Below are positions 30,060 to 39,431 of a stretch of 64,000 nucleotides of DNA, piece after piece (positions within the stretch are counted from its first letter, which is position 1; each line of letters begins with the position of its first letter). A program made the translations under genes and the position numbers. The notes beneath the pieces were generated by a model that was given only the letters and a program-made list of their open reading frames with translations, was not told where the DNA came from and ran no database searches. Origin of the DNA: an uncultured candidate division WWE3 bacterium (lineage in GTDB: Bacteria; Patescibacteriota; WWE3; UBA101185; UBA10185); assembly GCA_903879985.1 (NCBI GenBank), contig CAIRNR010000007.1, positions 649,925 through 713,924 of the forward strand, given 5' to 3'.

Positions 30060-30080
30060 TTTTTTTATAAAGGAGAAAAT

Positions 30081-30893
30081 ATGGAAAATGTTGAAACAAA
30101 TGAAAAGAGTTTAGATACGCTAAAAAGGCTTGTGTCAGCTGCGTACGTTAATATTGAGAAGATATCGCATATTATTGAAAAGATCGAACAGGAACAGAAG
30201 CGTGAGCTCTACAAGAGTATCCCAGGCATTGAGGGTACCTATGATGGTGCGTTTATGATTGCGGACGATGGTAAAAAATATGAGGTTCCAGCAAATTACG
30301 CAGCTAAATCAAGATTAGTATTTGGCGACCGTTTAAAGATGGTAGAAGAAGTAGGGAAGACTTTGTTCAAACAGCTCGATAAGGTTGCACGTAAAGACGT
30401 TGAAGGTGTTTTATCCAAAAAAGAAGGTAAATGGTATATCTTAACGGATGCAGGAACATTTAAGATTTCTGATGTTGCGGCTGAATTTAATAACGCTCAG
30501 TTAAACGAAAAAGCTATTGTTATTATTCCAGACGGAAATACCCCAGCTACATTTGCGGCATTAGACAAGATTATTCGTCCAGAAACTCAAAGTGTTTGGA
30601 AAGAAAAGCCAGCTTTTGTAAATAAACCTTATGTTAGACCTGCTACAGCAAGTGCTTCAGCACCAGCAGCAAAACCAGTGGTAGCAAAACCCGTAGCACC
30701 TGCGGTTGTACCTGCAGAAAGAAAAGCGTCTGTTGCACCAGTTCCAGCGCCAGCTCCTAAAAAAGACTTAGAAATTAAACCTGTGCGAAAACCTAAGGTA
30801 GAAGAATCACCAAAAGAGTTTATCGCAGATCTTGGTACTCCTGCTGCACAGCAAACAACACAATCTCTTTTAGATGACGACGATTTGCGTTAA
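30081..30893 (+). CDS. Conserved hypothetical protein with Pro/Ala-rich tail
   Basis: EG.YDG.FM...DG..Y.VPANYAAKS.LV.GD.LK; SD AAGGAG. Confidence 0.8.
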   Translation: MENVETNEKSLDTLKRLVSAAYVNIEKISHIIEKIEQEQKRELYKSIPGIEGTYDGAFMIADDGKKYEVPANYAAKSRLVFGDRLKMVEEVGKTLFKQLDKVARKDVEGVLSKKEGKWYILTDAGTFKISDVAAEFNNAQLNEKAIVIIPDGNTPATFAALDKIIRPETQSVWKEKPAFVNKPYVRPATASASAPAAKPVVAKPVAPAVVPAERKASVAPVPAPAPKKDLEIKPVRKPKVEESPKEFIADLGTPAAQQTTQSLLDDDDLR

Positions 30894-30962
30894 TACTGAC
30901 AGCCGATACAAAATCAGCTAATGCTATTTAGATATGTGTTTTGTGAGTAGGGAATTATTTTA

Positions 30963-31652
30963 CTATTCTTCTACAACTACTTCCTCTTCTTCTTCTAGTT
31001 CCATGTCTTGATCATCTATGCCTTTTTTAATGTAAGGTCTAATATCTTGTCTTTCGGACTTAAATATAGCGATAGAGGATTTAACTAAAACAGTCGCATG
31101 TTTCTCTTTACCGCGAATATAACTGGCTTGTATGTGTCCGGATTTTTCAATGACTGAGTTTAACTTTTGAACAATTTCTTCGTTGTTAATCACACCCACC
31201 AAAACAGTAGAATCTTTTCGTATTTTATAAACTTCAACTTCATGTTTTTTTGGTTTTAATGTTAGTATTTCGCCGGCATAAAAATCGTTACTGGTAACAC
31301 CTTTGGCTGTGATTTCTAGCATCATTTCTCTTGTTGTGCCTGGTTCAATGAGTAAGGATTTTGTATCAATCTTAACTAAGATTTTGTTCTCAACGCGTCC
31401 TTTTTTAGCAATCTCAAAGTTTTTTAGCGCAACGGTGTTAATTGGGTCAACTTTAAGGACTTCTCTAAACACTTTTTTAGCTTTGTCGAATTTTTTGGTT
31501 TGGATTAAGGCTCTGCCTAGGCGGATTTTGGCTTCTATGTTTTCAGGGTAAACATCTAGAATTCTGGTGTTAATTTCTACAGCTGTTTCCCAGTCGGATT
31601 TAAGAGCGGCGTCGATAGCCTTTTTATTAAGAACAGCTAGGCTGATTTGCAT
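30963..31652 (-). CDS. Tetratricopeptide repeat protein
   Basis: TPR pattern A.IRLGRAL....F..A...F..VL..DP.N; start re-called at ATG 31652 from promoter position. Confidence 0.85.
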   Translation of the reverse strand: MQISLAVLNKKAIDAALKSDWETAVEINTRILDVYPENIEAKIRLGRALIQTKKFDKAKKVFREVLKVDPINTVALKNFEIAKKGRVENKILVKIDTKSLLIEPGTTREMMLEITAKGVTSNDFYAGEILTLKPKKHEVEVYKIRKDSTVLVGVINNEEIVQKLNSVIEKSGHIQASYIRGKEKHATVLVKSSIAIFKSERQDIRPYIKKGIDDQDMELEEEEEVVVEE

Positions 31653-31716
31653 GCCTACAAGCATATAAAATATTGAGTTTTTGTCAATGGGAAAGATGCG
31701 TGCTAATATATAAAGC

Positions 31717-32259
31717 ATGTCAGGTCACTCAAAATGGGCAAACATAAAAAGGAAAAAAGAAGTTACAGACGCTAAACGGGGCAAAATATTTTCAAAAATC
31801 AGTCGTTTAATTACAGTTGCAGCAAAAAATGGTCCAGATGTGGATTCTAACCCGTCACTAAGGCTTGCGGTTGAAAAGGCTAAAGAAGAGCGCATGCCAA
31901 AAGAAAATATAGAACGTGCAATAGCAAAAGGTTCCGGTCAAGGAGGTGGCGTTACTTTCCAGGAAATTATTTTAGAGGGGTTTGGTCCAAACGGAGAAGC
32001 ATTTTACATTACGGCTTTAACAGATAATCACAATCGTACTGTTGGTGAAATTAGAAATATTTTCCATAAAGCTGGTGGTTCTATGGGTGGCGCGGGAAGT
32101 ACTGCTTATATATTTGCTGATCCGGAAAACCCAGTATTTACACTAGATATTACAGATGAATCTTTAGCTACACGCCTGGAGAATTTATACGAAGAAATTG
32201 AAGATAATGACGACGTTCAGGAAATCCTCATAAATTTCGTATTACCAGAACAAGAATGA
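31717..32259 (+). CDS. yebC: YebC/PmpR family protein (short form)
   Basis: MSGHSKWANIK, NPSLR, EGFGP, TDNHNRT, DDVQ. Confidence 0.93.
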   Translation: MSGHSKWANIKRKKEVTDAKRGKIFSKISRLITVAAKNGPDVDSNPSLRLAVEKAKEERMPKENIERAIAKGSGQGGGVTFQEIILEGFGPNGEAFYITALTDNHNRTVGEIRNIFHKAGGSMGGAGSTAYIFADPENPVFTLDITDESLATRLENLYEEIEDNDDVQEILINFVLPEQE

Positions 32260-32741
32260 TCATTTTAGGAATTGATCCAGGTACAGCGCGAATGGGCTAT
32301 GGCCTTATTGAGGTATCCGGAAAGAAAAAAGTTTCCCTAATTACTTGCGATGTTTTAATTACTCATCCCGATTTAGATCAACACCACAGATTAAAATTTT
32401 TATATAATGAGTTATTGCGTTTGATAAAAGAGTTCTCGCCAAAAACTATGGTCGTGGAAAAATTATTTTTTAACACAAACGTTCGTACGGCAATGACAGT
32501 TGGTCAGGCGCGCGGTATAACATTACTTGCGGCGTCAACTAAAAAGATGGATCTGTTTGAATACACTGCTTTGGAAGCTAAAATGGCCTTAACCGGTTAT
32601 GGCCGCTCCGATAAAAAACAAATGCAGGAGGCGGTTAAAGAATATTTTAACTTGCCCCAGATTGTTAAATCGGATGATGCAAATGATGCAGTAGCGATGG
32701 CGCTATGCTATCTTAAAAAAGACTATGAAAAGCTTGCTTAA
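32256..32741 (+). CDS. ruvC: Holliday junction resolvase RuvC
   Basis: ILGIDPG, VVEKLFF, GQARG, DD.NDA.A.A. Confidence 0.95.
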   Translation: MIILGIDPGTARMGYGLIEVSGKKKVSLITCDVLITHPDLDQHHRLKFLYNELLRLIKEFSPKTMVVEKLFFNTNVRTAMTVGQARGITLLAASTKKMDLFEYTALEAKMALTGYGRSDKKQMQEAVKEYFNLPQIVKSDDANDAVAMALCYLKKDYEKLA

Positions 32742-33534
32742 GGTACAAATTGATAAAAGGTTACGTTACCTAATACAAACATTAATTGTAGTAGGATTTA
32801 TTTATTTATTTGCTATCGTCGGTTTAGATTTTTCGTTGCCTATTTTAATTTTAGCCGTTTTAGTTATTGTTGCACTTGGTTCAGTTATTACTCATTTTCC
32901 AAATATTAAGCCGGTCAATTTTTTTGTAAGTATTCTGATGCCTATCAGCGTTATTACCGGGGCACTATTATCGTTTAAATATTTTCCTAATTTAGGTTTT
33001 TATTTTAAATTATTTATTATTTTTGGATTTGGTTTTTTGTATTATTTAGTTTCGTTAATGGATAATGTTTTTTTGGTTATTCAGGATAGGGCAGAGATAA
33101 TTCCGTTATATAGAGTAGCTGTCACCTGGAGTTTGATTTTACAAGTGGTTATCGCAATTCCGTTGTTCGCCGGAATTTTTAAGTTAAATTTAGATGGTAT
33201 ATATCAATCTTTAATTATTGGAACATTAGCATTTGTGTTTAATTTATATCAATTGTGGGCATTACAGTTTGATGACGATGCTAAAAATCCTAAAGTAGGG
33301 GAGATAATTTTTTTATCAACGGTAGTATTCTTTTTGAACGCTGCTGCTTGTTTAATGACATCTTTTTTGCCTATGGAATCGTTTTTAAGAGCACTTTTTT
33401 TGGCTTCGGTGCTTATGTTTTCACTGGTTTACGTTAGTGGCCACCTTAAAAATGAGATTTCAAAGAAATTTATAACCCAATACATCATTTATATTATTAT
33501 TTTTGCATTGATAATGATTGTTTTCACCCCCTAA
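32725..33534 (+). CDS. Multi-pass membrane protein
   Basis: Hydrophobic ORF coupled to ruvC. Confidence 0.8.
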   Translation: MKSLLKVQIDKRLRYLIQTLIVVGFIYLFAIVGLDFSLPILILAVLVIVALGSVITHFPNIKPVNFFVSILMPISVITGALLSFKYFPNLGFYFKLFIIFGFGFLYYLVSLMDNVFLVIQDRAEIIPLYRVAVTWSLILQVVIAIPLFAGIFKLNLDGIYQSLIIGTLAFVFNLYQLWALQFDDDAKNPKVGEIIFLSTVVFFLNAAACLMTSFLPMESFLRALFLASVLMFSLVYVSGHLKNEISKKFITQYIIYIIIFALIMIVFTP

Positions 33535-33978
33535 TTTGTTTTAGCTGCGCCAAGAAAGGGGAGTGGAGTAGGTGTTTTTTCCAAAATCTTTAGCACGCTA
33601 TAGGGTCAAGTGATAAACTATAGGGTCGTTTGTCATATATCCTGTAGTATGATTGTCATAGTTTTCGTTCATAACTGACTGTACAGTACTATTGTTGGTT
33701 ATGTATATGTTGTAGCTACGGCAAATAAGGAGGGTTGTCATACATTAGGGGAGGCAAGGTGTGGATAAGTCCCGTAACAGCTTTATATACAAAGAATTAA
33801 GTCGAAATAAAGTTGGGCGAGCAAATAGAATTTTATTTTTCTCTTAATTAATTATTTAACGCAATTACTATTTAATTAACTTCGAATTAAACGCAAATTA
33901 GTTATATCTTTCTACTCTCTGGTTTATTAGTGTCCATTATTGGTGTTTATTGCTGTTAAGCCTTAAATTAGATACGCA

Positions 33979-34006
33979 ACGTCGTTAAACATACATTATA
34001 CGACGT
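33979..34006. other. dif-like Xer recombination site
   Basis: Minus strand ACGTCGTATAA-TGTATG-TTTAACGACGT: 11-6-11 layout, arms 9/11 palindromic. Confidence 0.75.
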
Positions 34007-34284
34007 GTAACGTATAGGGATTTTGGATTACTCTTCTTAATTCGCATCATTACTTTTTAAAAGTTTTATTCTTTGTTTTATTTTTATTAATTAATAACTA
34101 ATTAATTCCCAATTGGATTTTATTTTTTTCTATTTCCCTATTCTATTGTTTTTAGGTCCTGCGGTTTATGTGCGCCCTTTGTGCGGTTTTTACCTGATAT
34201 GCCCAAATTTGCCATATTTCTCTATTTTGGTAGACTGTCACTTAATAAAACGCCTATATCTATAAGGAAAGGAGAAAATAAGCT

Positions 34285-34620
34285 ATGGAAGCCTCGTGGA
34301 TAGCCTCTGGTGAACGCTTGGCCGTTAATAGCAAAGGTAAACGTGTCGAGTTTAATATCGTGCAGTACTGTGTAGACACGACCAACAATCGCGTAGTGTT
34401 CAGCCTTATGCGCAACGACAGACCGTTTAAACTGAGCTATATAAAAGATATGAAATTGTACGATGCTGCAGCGCGGTTGTTACGCTACAAAGCACTTTCA
34501 TATTGTGTAATGGGAGTTTCACCTGAACAAGTAAATAAGATTCAGGCTGAAGCTAAAGATCTGCTTATTCAAGGAAAAATTTATGTGGCAGTTTGTTGGG
34601 AAGTTTCAGTTTGTAAGTAA
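34285..34620 (+). CDS. Hypothetical protein
   Basis: SD AAGGAG; terminator follows. Confidence 0.7.
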   Translation: MEASWIASGERLAVNSKGKRVEFNIVQYCVDTTNNRVVFSLMRNDRPFKLSYIKDMKLYDAAARLLRYKALSYCVMGVSPEQVNKIQAEAKDLLIQGKIYVAVCWEVSVCK

Positions 34621-34624
34621 CAAG

Positions 34625-34667
34625 ATCCGCTTTTTGCAATTTTATTGTGAGAGCGGATTATTTTTTT
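34625..34667 (+). terminator. Intrinsic terminator
   Basis: ATCCGCTTT/GAGAGCGGAT followed by T-run. Confidence 0.7.
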
Positions 34668-34753
34668 GGTCTTGAAGTAAAATGTTATTGCTGTTACAAT
34701 AAAAACAGGCTGTGAGGCTTTAAAATGCCCTACAATCGATTTTTGAAATAAAG

Positions 34754-35827
34754 ATGACTAAAGTATCACTTAACTCAAACATACAGGAAGTAATCTTAAA
34801 ATATTTGGAGTATTGCGAGATCGAAAAGAACCTTTCCCAAAATACTATCAAAATGTACTTCTTTTATTTAACAGATTTTTCCACTTGGTTGCAGGGTTAC
34901 ATAAATAAAGAAATTGTTACACTTGGTGACATTAATGATGAACTTGTAAAAAAATACAGATTGGATCTGAATCGTCGTATAAGTACAAAATCTAACTCGG
35001 AATACAAGCGCTCCACACAAAAAACATTTTTAGTAGCATTACGTGCGTTTCTAAAATACTTAGTTATTGAAGAAGATGCGTCTGTTATGTCGCCGGAGCA
35101 AATAATTTTAGGTAAATCAGAAGACCGTGTGCCAAAGTTTTTAAATGACGGACAATTAGAGAAATTGGTAGATGTTCAGGACTTAAGTAAAAGATCGGGT
35201 TTACGCGATCGTTCTATACTGGAAACCTTGTTTAGTACAGGGCTTCGTGTCAGCGAGCTTGTGCATTTGAACAGAGATGACATTAATTTAGATTCAGGTG
35301 AGTTTACTGTTATAGGTAAAGGAAGAAAGGCGCGCACGGTTTATTTATCTACAGGAGCTATTAATTGGATTAAGAAATATTTGGGCACACGTTCAGACCC
35401 ATTTAAGCCCTTATTCATTAGATATTCCGGTTGTCACATGGCTGAAAAAGATTATGACGGTAATTCTATAAGACTTACATCACGAAGCGTGGAACGACTG
35501 GTAAAAAAGTATGTTGGCAAAAGCGGTATCTCGGTTGATGCCACGCCTCACACACTTCGTCATACTTATGCAACAGGATTATTACGTGAAGGTGCTGATT
35601 TAAGAAGTGTTCAAGAGCTATTAGGCCACGCAAATGTTTCTACCACGCAGATTTATACTCATGTAACCAACACTCAGCTTCGTGAAGTACATAAGAAATT
35701 TCATAAAGATATTGATGTTAAGCGGAAAAATTACGACATTGTTCCGGAAGCAGATGGCCGTAATGTTGGTGATGATGGCAAGGATACCTTAGGATCTACT
35801 AGCGACGAAGTTTCCTCTTTGATATAA
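34754..35827 (+). CDS. XerC/D-family tyrosine recombinase
   Basis: TGLRVSE, GKG, PHTLRH, LLGH, TTQIY catalytic set; no IntI-type insertion seen. Confidence 0.95.
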   Translation: MTKVSLNSNIQEVILKYLEYCEIEKNLSQNTIKMYFFYLTDFSTWLQGYINKEIVTLGDINDELVKKYRLDLNRRISTKSNSEYKRSTQKTFLVALRAFLKYLVIEEDASVMSPEQIILGKSEDRVPKFLNDGQLEKLVDVQDLSKRSGLRDRSILETLFSTGLRVSELVHLNRDDINLDSGEFTVIGKGRKARTVYLSTGAINWIKKYLGTRSDPFKPLFIRYSGCHMAEKDYDGNSIRLTSRSVERLVKKYVGKSGISVDATPHTLRHTYATGLLREGADLRSVQELLGHANVSTTQIYTHVTNTQLREVHKKFHKDIDVKRKNYDIVPEADGRNVGDDGKDTLGSTSDEVSSLI

Positions 35828-35883
35828 CTAAAAACTAATAGGACGTTTTGGTATACTAACCGAAAACGAAAGGAGTTGTTTAA

Positions 35884-36171
35884 ATGAAACCTGGTGTGGT
35901 ATTCGATATGCCTGTTTCAGTACTATTTGGTAAGAGCCCTGTTAAGTTTACAGGCTACACAGCTTTTGATGATGGAGTTATTTGGGTGATTTTTGATCAT
36001 GATTACCCAACCTTATCTCAGAAGCAAAAGGCTAAGGTGCTAATCGTAGCCAAAATTATGCTCACCAATTTGTCAAACGACCAAAAACTTCCTGGTTTGG
36101 ATGTTAATGTCTGTTTGCACGAAATGGTTCAGCCTGGTTTGGTGCATATAAAATATAAAAAGTTGGAATGA
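35884..36171 (+). CDS. Hypothetical protein
   Basis: SD AAGGAG, upstream TGgTATACT. Confidence 0.65.
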   Translation: MKPGVVFDMPVSVLFGKSPVKFTGYTAFDDGVIWVIFDHDYPTLSQKQKAKVLIVAKIMLTNLSNDQKLPGLDVNVCLHEMVQPGLVHIKYKKLE

Positions 36172-36189
36172 TAACGTTTTGTTTGGTAC

Positions 36190-36231
36190 TGGAGATTGTC
36201 GCTATTTTTGTAACGGCAATCTCCATTTTTT
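36190..36231. terminator. Terminator between convergent genes
   Basis: TGGAGATTGTCG/CGGCAATCTCCA followed by T-run. Confidence 0.7.
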
Positions 36232-36241
36232 GAACTTAAGC

Positions 36242-36592
36242 TTATTTGGATTTGGTTGTATGTTTGCGCTGGAGTTTTTTATCCATATATGTCGTAACTC
36301 GTATCTTTACAACGCCCTCCAAAGATTTTTCCGGATCATCTGGCGGCCATCCTTCTTTGTTCAGAAATTGCACAATATATCCGGCGGTTGTTAACGTTTT
36401 TCCGATTTTACGCAAATAAAGTTCCGGGGTTGTAATCGGGAGTCTGATCACAGCTATTTCGATTTGTATTGTTGGAGTGCCTTGTAACACCGTTATTGGC
36501 GCATTTTCCAGCCTCTTTTGGATTATATCGAGCGCTTCCCTTATTCCGGACGATGCATTTTTGATTTCCCATAAATCCTTTGCAGGTAACAT
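36242..36592 (-). CDS. Hypothetical protein
   Basis: SD GAGG before ATG; 116 aa. Confidence 0.6.
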   Translation of the reverse strand: MLPAKDLWEIKNASSGIREALDIIQKRLENAPITVLQGTPTIQIEIAVIRLPITTPELYLRKIGKTLTTAGYIVQFLNKEGWPPDDPEKSLEGVVKIRVTTYMDKKLQRKHTTKSK

Positions 36593-36653
36593 GATTTCCT
36601 CTCATTTCTTTTTATTATTGTTGGTGATTATTGTGCAAAATTATAGCATAAGC

Positions 36654-37316
36654 CTAAAGTAGCATTGATCTGATAGGTTCAAAGCTTTTGCGGTGGATTT
36701 CGCAAATGCCGTGAGCCTTAATAGCGTCCATATGTGCCTTAGTTCCGTAGCCTTTATGTTTATCAAAGCCGTATTCCGGGTATTTGTCGTGAAGTTCACA
36801 CATTTTTCTGTCTCTATAAACTTTAGCAATTATCGATGCCGCGGCAATGGTCATGCTTTTTGAGTCTCCTTTAGCCATAAACGACTGGTTGTCGTGGGTA
36901 ATTTTTTTGATTTCAAAGCCGTCTACTAAAACATGTTGAGGCTTAACTTTTAGGTTTGTCACAGCTTGGTAAAAAGCTTCTTGAGTTGTTTTTGAAATGC
37001 CCCATTCGTCCAATTGAGTTACAGGTATTTCAATAATAGAGTAACTGACAGCGTTTTCGATGATAAATTTAGACAATATTTCTCTATTTTTTTCGGTTAC
37101 TTTTTTGGAATCGTTGATTAGTTTGTATAGTCCGAAATTTTGATGTGGGACGTCGTTAAACGTAAATTCGGCGCTCAGCAGCTTTTCCAAGTCCAAAATA
37201 ACAGCTGCTGCCACAAACGGTCCAGCCAATGGTCCCCTACCCACTTCATCAACTCCTGCAATAAATTTTATGCCTCGTGCAAATAATTCTCTTTCATAAG
37301 ATAACAAATCATTCAT
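36654..37316 (-). CDS. rnhB: Ribonuclease HII
   Basis: GVDEVGRG, DSKK, LVDG, KGD, AASIIAKV.RD, HKGYGT. Confidence 0.96.
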   Translation of the reverse strand: MNDLLSYERELFARGIKFIAGVDEVGRGPLAGPFVAAAVILDLEKLLSAEFTFNDVPHQNFGLYKLINDSKKVTEKNREILSKFIIENAVSYSIIEIPVTQLDEWGISKTTQEAFYQAVTNLKVKPQHVLVDGFEIKKITHDNQSFMAKGDSKSMTIAAASIIAKVYRDRKMCELHDKYPEYGFDKHKGYGTKAHMDAIKAHGICEIHRKSFEPIRSMLL

Positions 37317-37348
37317 GGGATAAAGTTTAACACGTTATTTATTTTGGA

Positions 37349-38320
37349 TTATTCAGCGTCTTTAGCAAAAAGGACTTTTGCCATCTTTGCTAATCTTCGG
37401 CGGCCTTTGTAGATTACAGCTCCGAATAGTGATAGTACTAGCAAAATTGCGCCTGCAGCTCTGTATGGAAACATAAAAAAAGATGTACTGCTGGTTAGCA
37501 TTTGGTTATTATCGCCGTAAACCATAGAAATGGTGGCTGTAAATTTACCAATGGCCCATGGTTGATCCCATGTTCCGTAAAGGTTTCGTGTAGCACTTGG
37601 TAAAATATTTTTTTGTGTAATTTCAACTGTTGCTACTTTTTGACCGAAAAAGTTTGTGATTGTAATTCCACCTGTTGGTTTAATATGGACGGTACTGTCA
37701 TTTTTGACTTGAGCTTCAAAACCAACTGGTCCGTATTCAAATAATTTTTTGGTTGACGTAAATGTGGAAATAGATGCAGTTTCGTTAACAGAACCTGCGA
37801 CTCGTAACAATACTAATGCTGCTACTTCCTGTGATAATGTTGCACCCGTTGCTTTCATCCCTTGTGGGGCTTTAGTTCGGAAAATTATTGCACCATAATA
37901 GCCGCCCGGCTCGGCATTTTGAGGAATATTTATTCTAAAACCAATTAATCTACTAGTTTTAGCTGTAATAGGCGCAACATCTTTGCTTTCTTCGATCCAT
38001 GTTGCTAGTGAGAAACTATTTTCTTCATCTGATAACCCTACAGCTCCTTCGTCGCCCTTTGCGGTAAAGTTCTTTTTATCCAGCTCTATACCTAAATCAG
38101 CGTCAGTGAGGTTGTCAACTCTAATAGTATTATTTAAGGTGTCGCCTGGATTACCTGTGAGTTCAAATACTGGTGGGGATATAGCAATACCTTGTGTGGT
38201 CTGCGCACTAACTGCTTTTCCACAAGCAGTTGTTGCGACAAGAACTAACAATGTAATGGTGAAAGCAGTTATTTTATTTACTGTTGCCGTTTTTCTCAGC
38301 ATTTGTGTCCATTCTAGCAT
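37349..38320 (-). CDS. DUF916/DUF3324-like WxL-interacting surface protein
   Basis: ISPP..EL, IP.NAEPGGYYG, N...VHIKP.G, C-terminal TM with basic tail. Confidence 0.8.
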   Translation of the reverse strand: MLEWTQMLRKTATVNKITAFTITLLVLVATTACGKAVSAQTTQGIAISPPVFELTGNPGDTLNNTIRVDNLTDADLGIELDKKNFTAKGDEGAVGLSDEENSFSLATWIEESKDVAPITAKTSRLIGFRINIPQNAEPGGYYGAIIFRTKAPQGMKATGATLSQEVAALVLLRVAGSVNETASISTFTSTKKLFEYGPVGFEAQVKNDSTVHIKPTGGITITNFFGQKVATVEITQKNILPSATRNLYGTWDQPWAIGKFTATISMVYGDNNQMLTSSTSFFMFPYRAAGAILLVLSLFGAVIYKGRRRLAKMAKVLFAKDAE

Positions 38321-38331
38321 TACTTATTTCT

Positions 38332-39414
38332 TTAGTACATTGGGACTGCAGTGAGGATCACAGATGTGGTATATGAACCTGCTTTTGTAGTACCAGAGAT
38401 ACCTATTTGATATCCAATTCTAGTTACATCGCTAGAAACTGGTGCTATGCTGTGTGCTACTTCTACTCCCGTAGTCGTAAAGGCTGCCCATTTATTACTG
38501 TTAAACCTTGCTGCCGTTCCTGCTAATGATGTAGAGGAAGTTGTGTAACCAAAACCTTCGGTACCTGCCGCTGTAAATGCTGTAGGTGTGGCATTAGAAC
38601 CTGCAAAGTCAGCTATAGTGTTTGTACCACTTGTTAAAGCACCCGAATATCTTGTGTAAACTGTATAACCCGAACCTGCGTTTGTGACTACGGTCATATC
38701 ATGTGCTGCAATTGCATTAGCGCCTGATGTAACTGTACCAAATGGAATCGTAGTTGGAGTAGTTGTTACGGTTGTAGTAGCACTGTTGACAGTGGAACCC
38801 GAGGCAATTGCTGAAATTGTAAATGTAAGTGCAGGATCTACTGTTAGAGAAACTGACTGACCTGTTGTGTATTGGTAAGCTAATACAGTTGAATCTACAG
38901 GACTGGTGGCGCAGTCAGTGTTGTTGTATGTGTTGAACTTAACGAAATAAGTTGTTCCGGCTGTGGAAGCATTTGTAATACCACTTAATACAACTGTTCT
39001 TCCTGTGGCGCCTGCTGGTGTCTCACCAGATGCGAAAGTTATTTTAATGGTACCGTTTGTAGAACCTGATGCTGCCCAGCTACCTGGTGTAGGAATATAA
39101 GTTGAAGTACCAACTAAAGCAACTGAATTTGTGTTAATACCACTTGGTGCTGCAGAACCAGCTGCGGTTGTTGAAAAAACAAGTTGAATACATTTAATTG
39201 CTGATGTTGTGACGTTATCAAATGTGCCTGTATATGTAACATTTGCGGTTGAAGGTCGTGAATCAGTTAAATTGATTCCACCATTTGTAAGAACGGAAGC
39301 TTTTGCTACGATTGCATTATTTGCTAATAAAATAAATGCGGCTAACGATAAGACTAAATTTAAAACTACGAATCTTTTTATATTTTTATTTATTTTTTTA
39401 TACATGGCAGACAT
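38332..39414 (-). CDS. Secreted Ser/Thr-rich protein with WxL-like C-terminal domain
   Basis: Signal peptide; VDPALTF, TNAGSGY, FGY, AG.YTT.V..T. Confidence 0.75.
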   Translation of the reverse strand: MSAMYKKINKNIKRFVVLNLVLSLAAFILLANNAIVAKASVLTNGGINLTDSRPSTANVTYTGTFDNVTTSAIKCIQLVFSTTAAGSAAPSGINTNSVALVGTSTYIPTPGSWAASGSTNGTIKITFASGETPAGATGRTVVLSGITNASTAGTTYFVKFNTYNNTDCATSPVDSTVLAYQYTTGQSVSLTVDPALTFTISAIASGSTVNSATTTVTTTPTTIPFGTVTSGANAIAAHDMTVVTNAGSGYTVYTRYSGALTSGTNTIADFAGSNATPTAFTAAGTEGFGYTTSSTSLAGTAARFNSNKWAAFTTTGVEVAHSIAPVSSDVTRIGYQIGISGTTKAGSYTTSVILTAVPMY

Positions 39415-39431
39415 TTTCTTTTTTAAATCAA

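Noticed and set aside
33535..34284. oriC
   Set aside because: Only one perfect DnaA box, no dnaA, convergent gene orientation and a dif-like site argue for the terminus
34754..35827. Recombinase as integron integrase or prophage integrase
   Set aside because: No IntI-specific insertion seen, 25 kb from the array, no phage genes; a dif-like site nearby favours Xer
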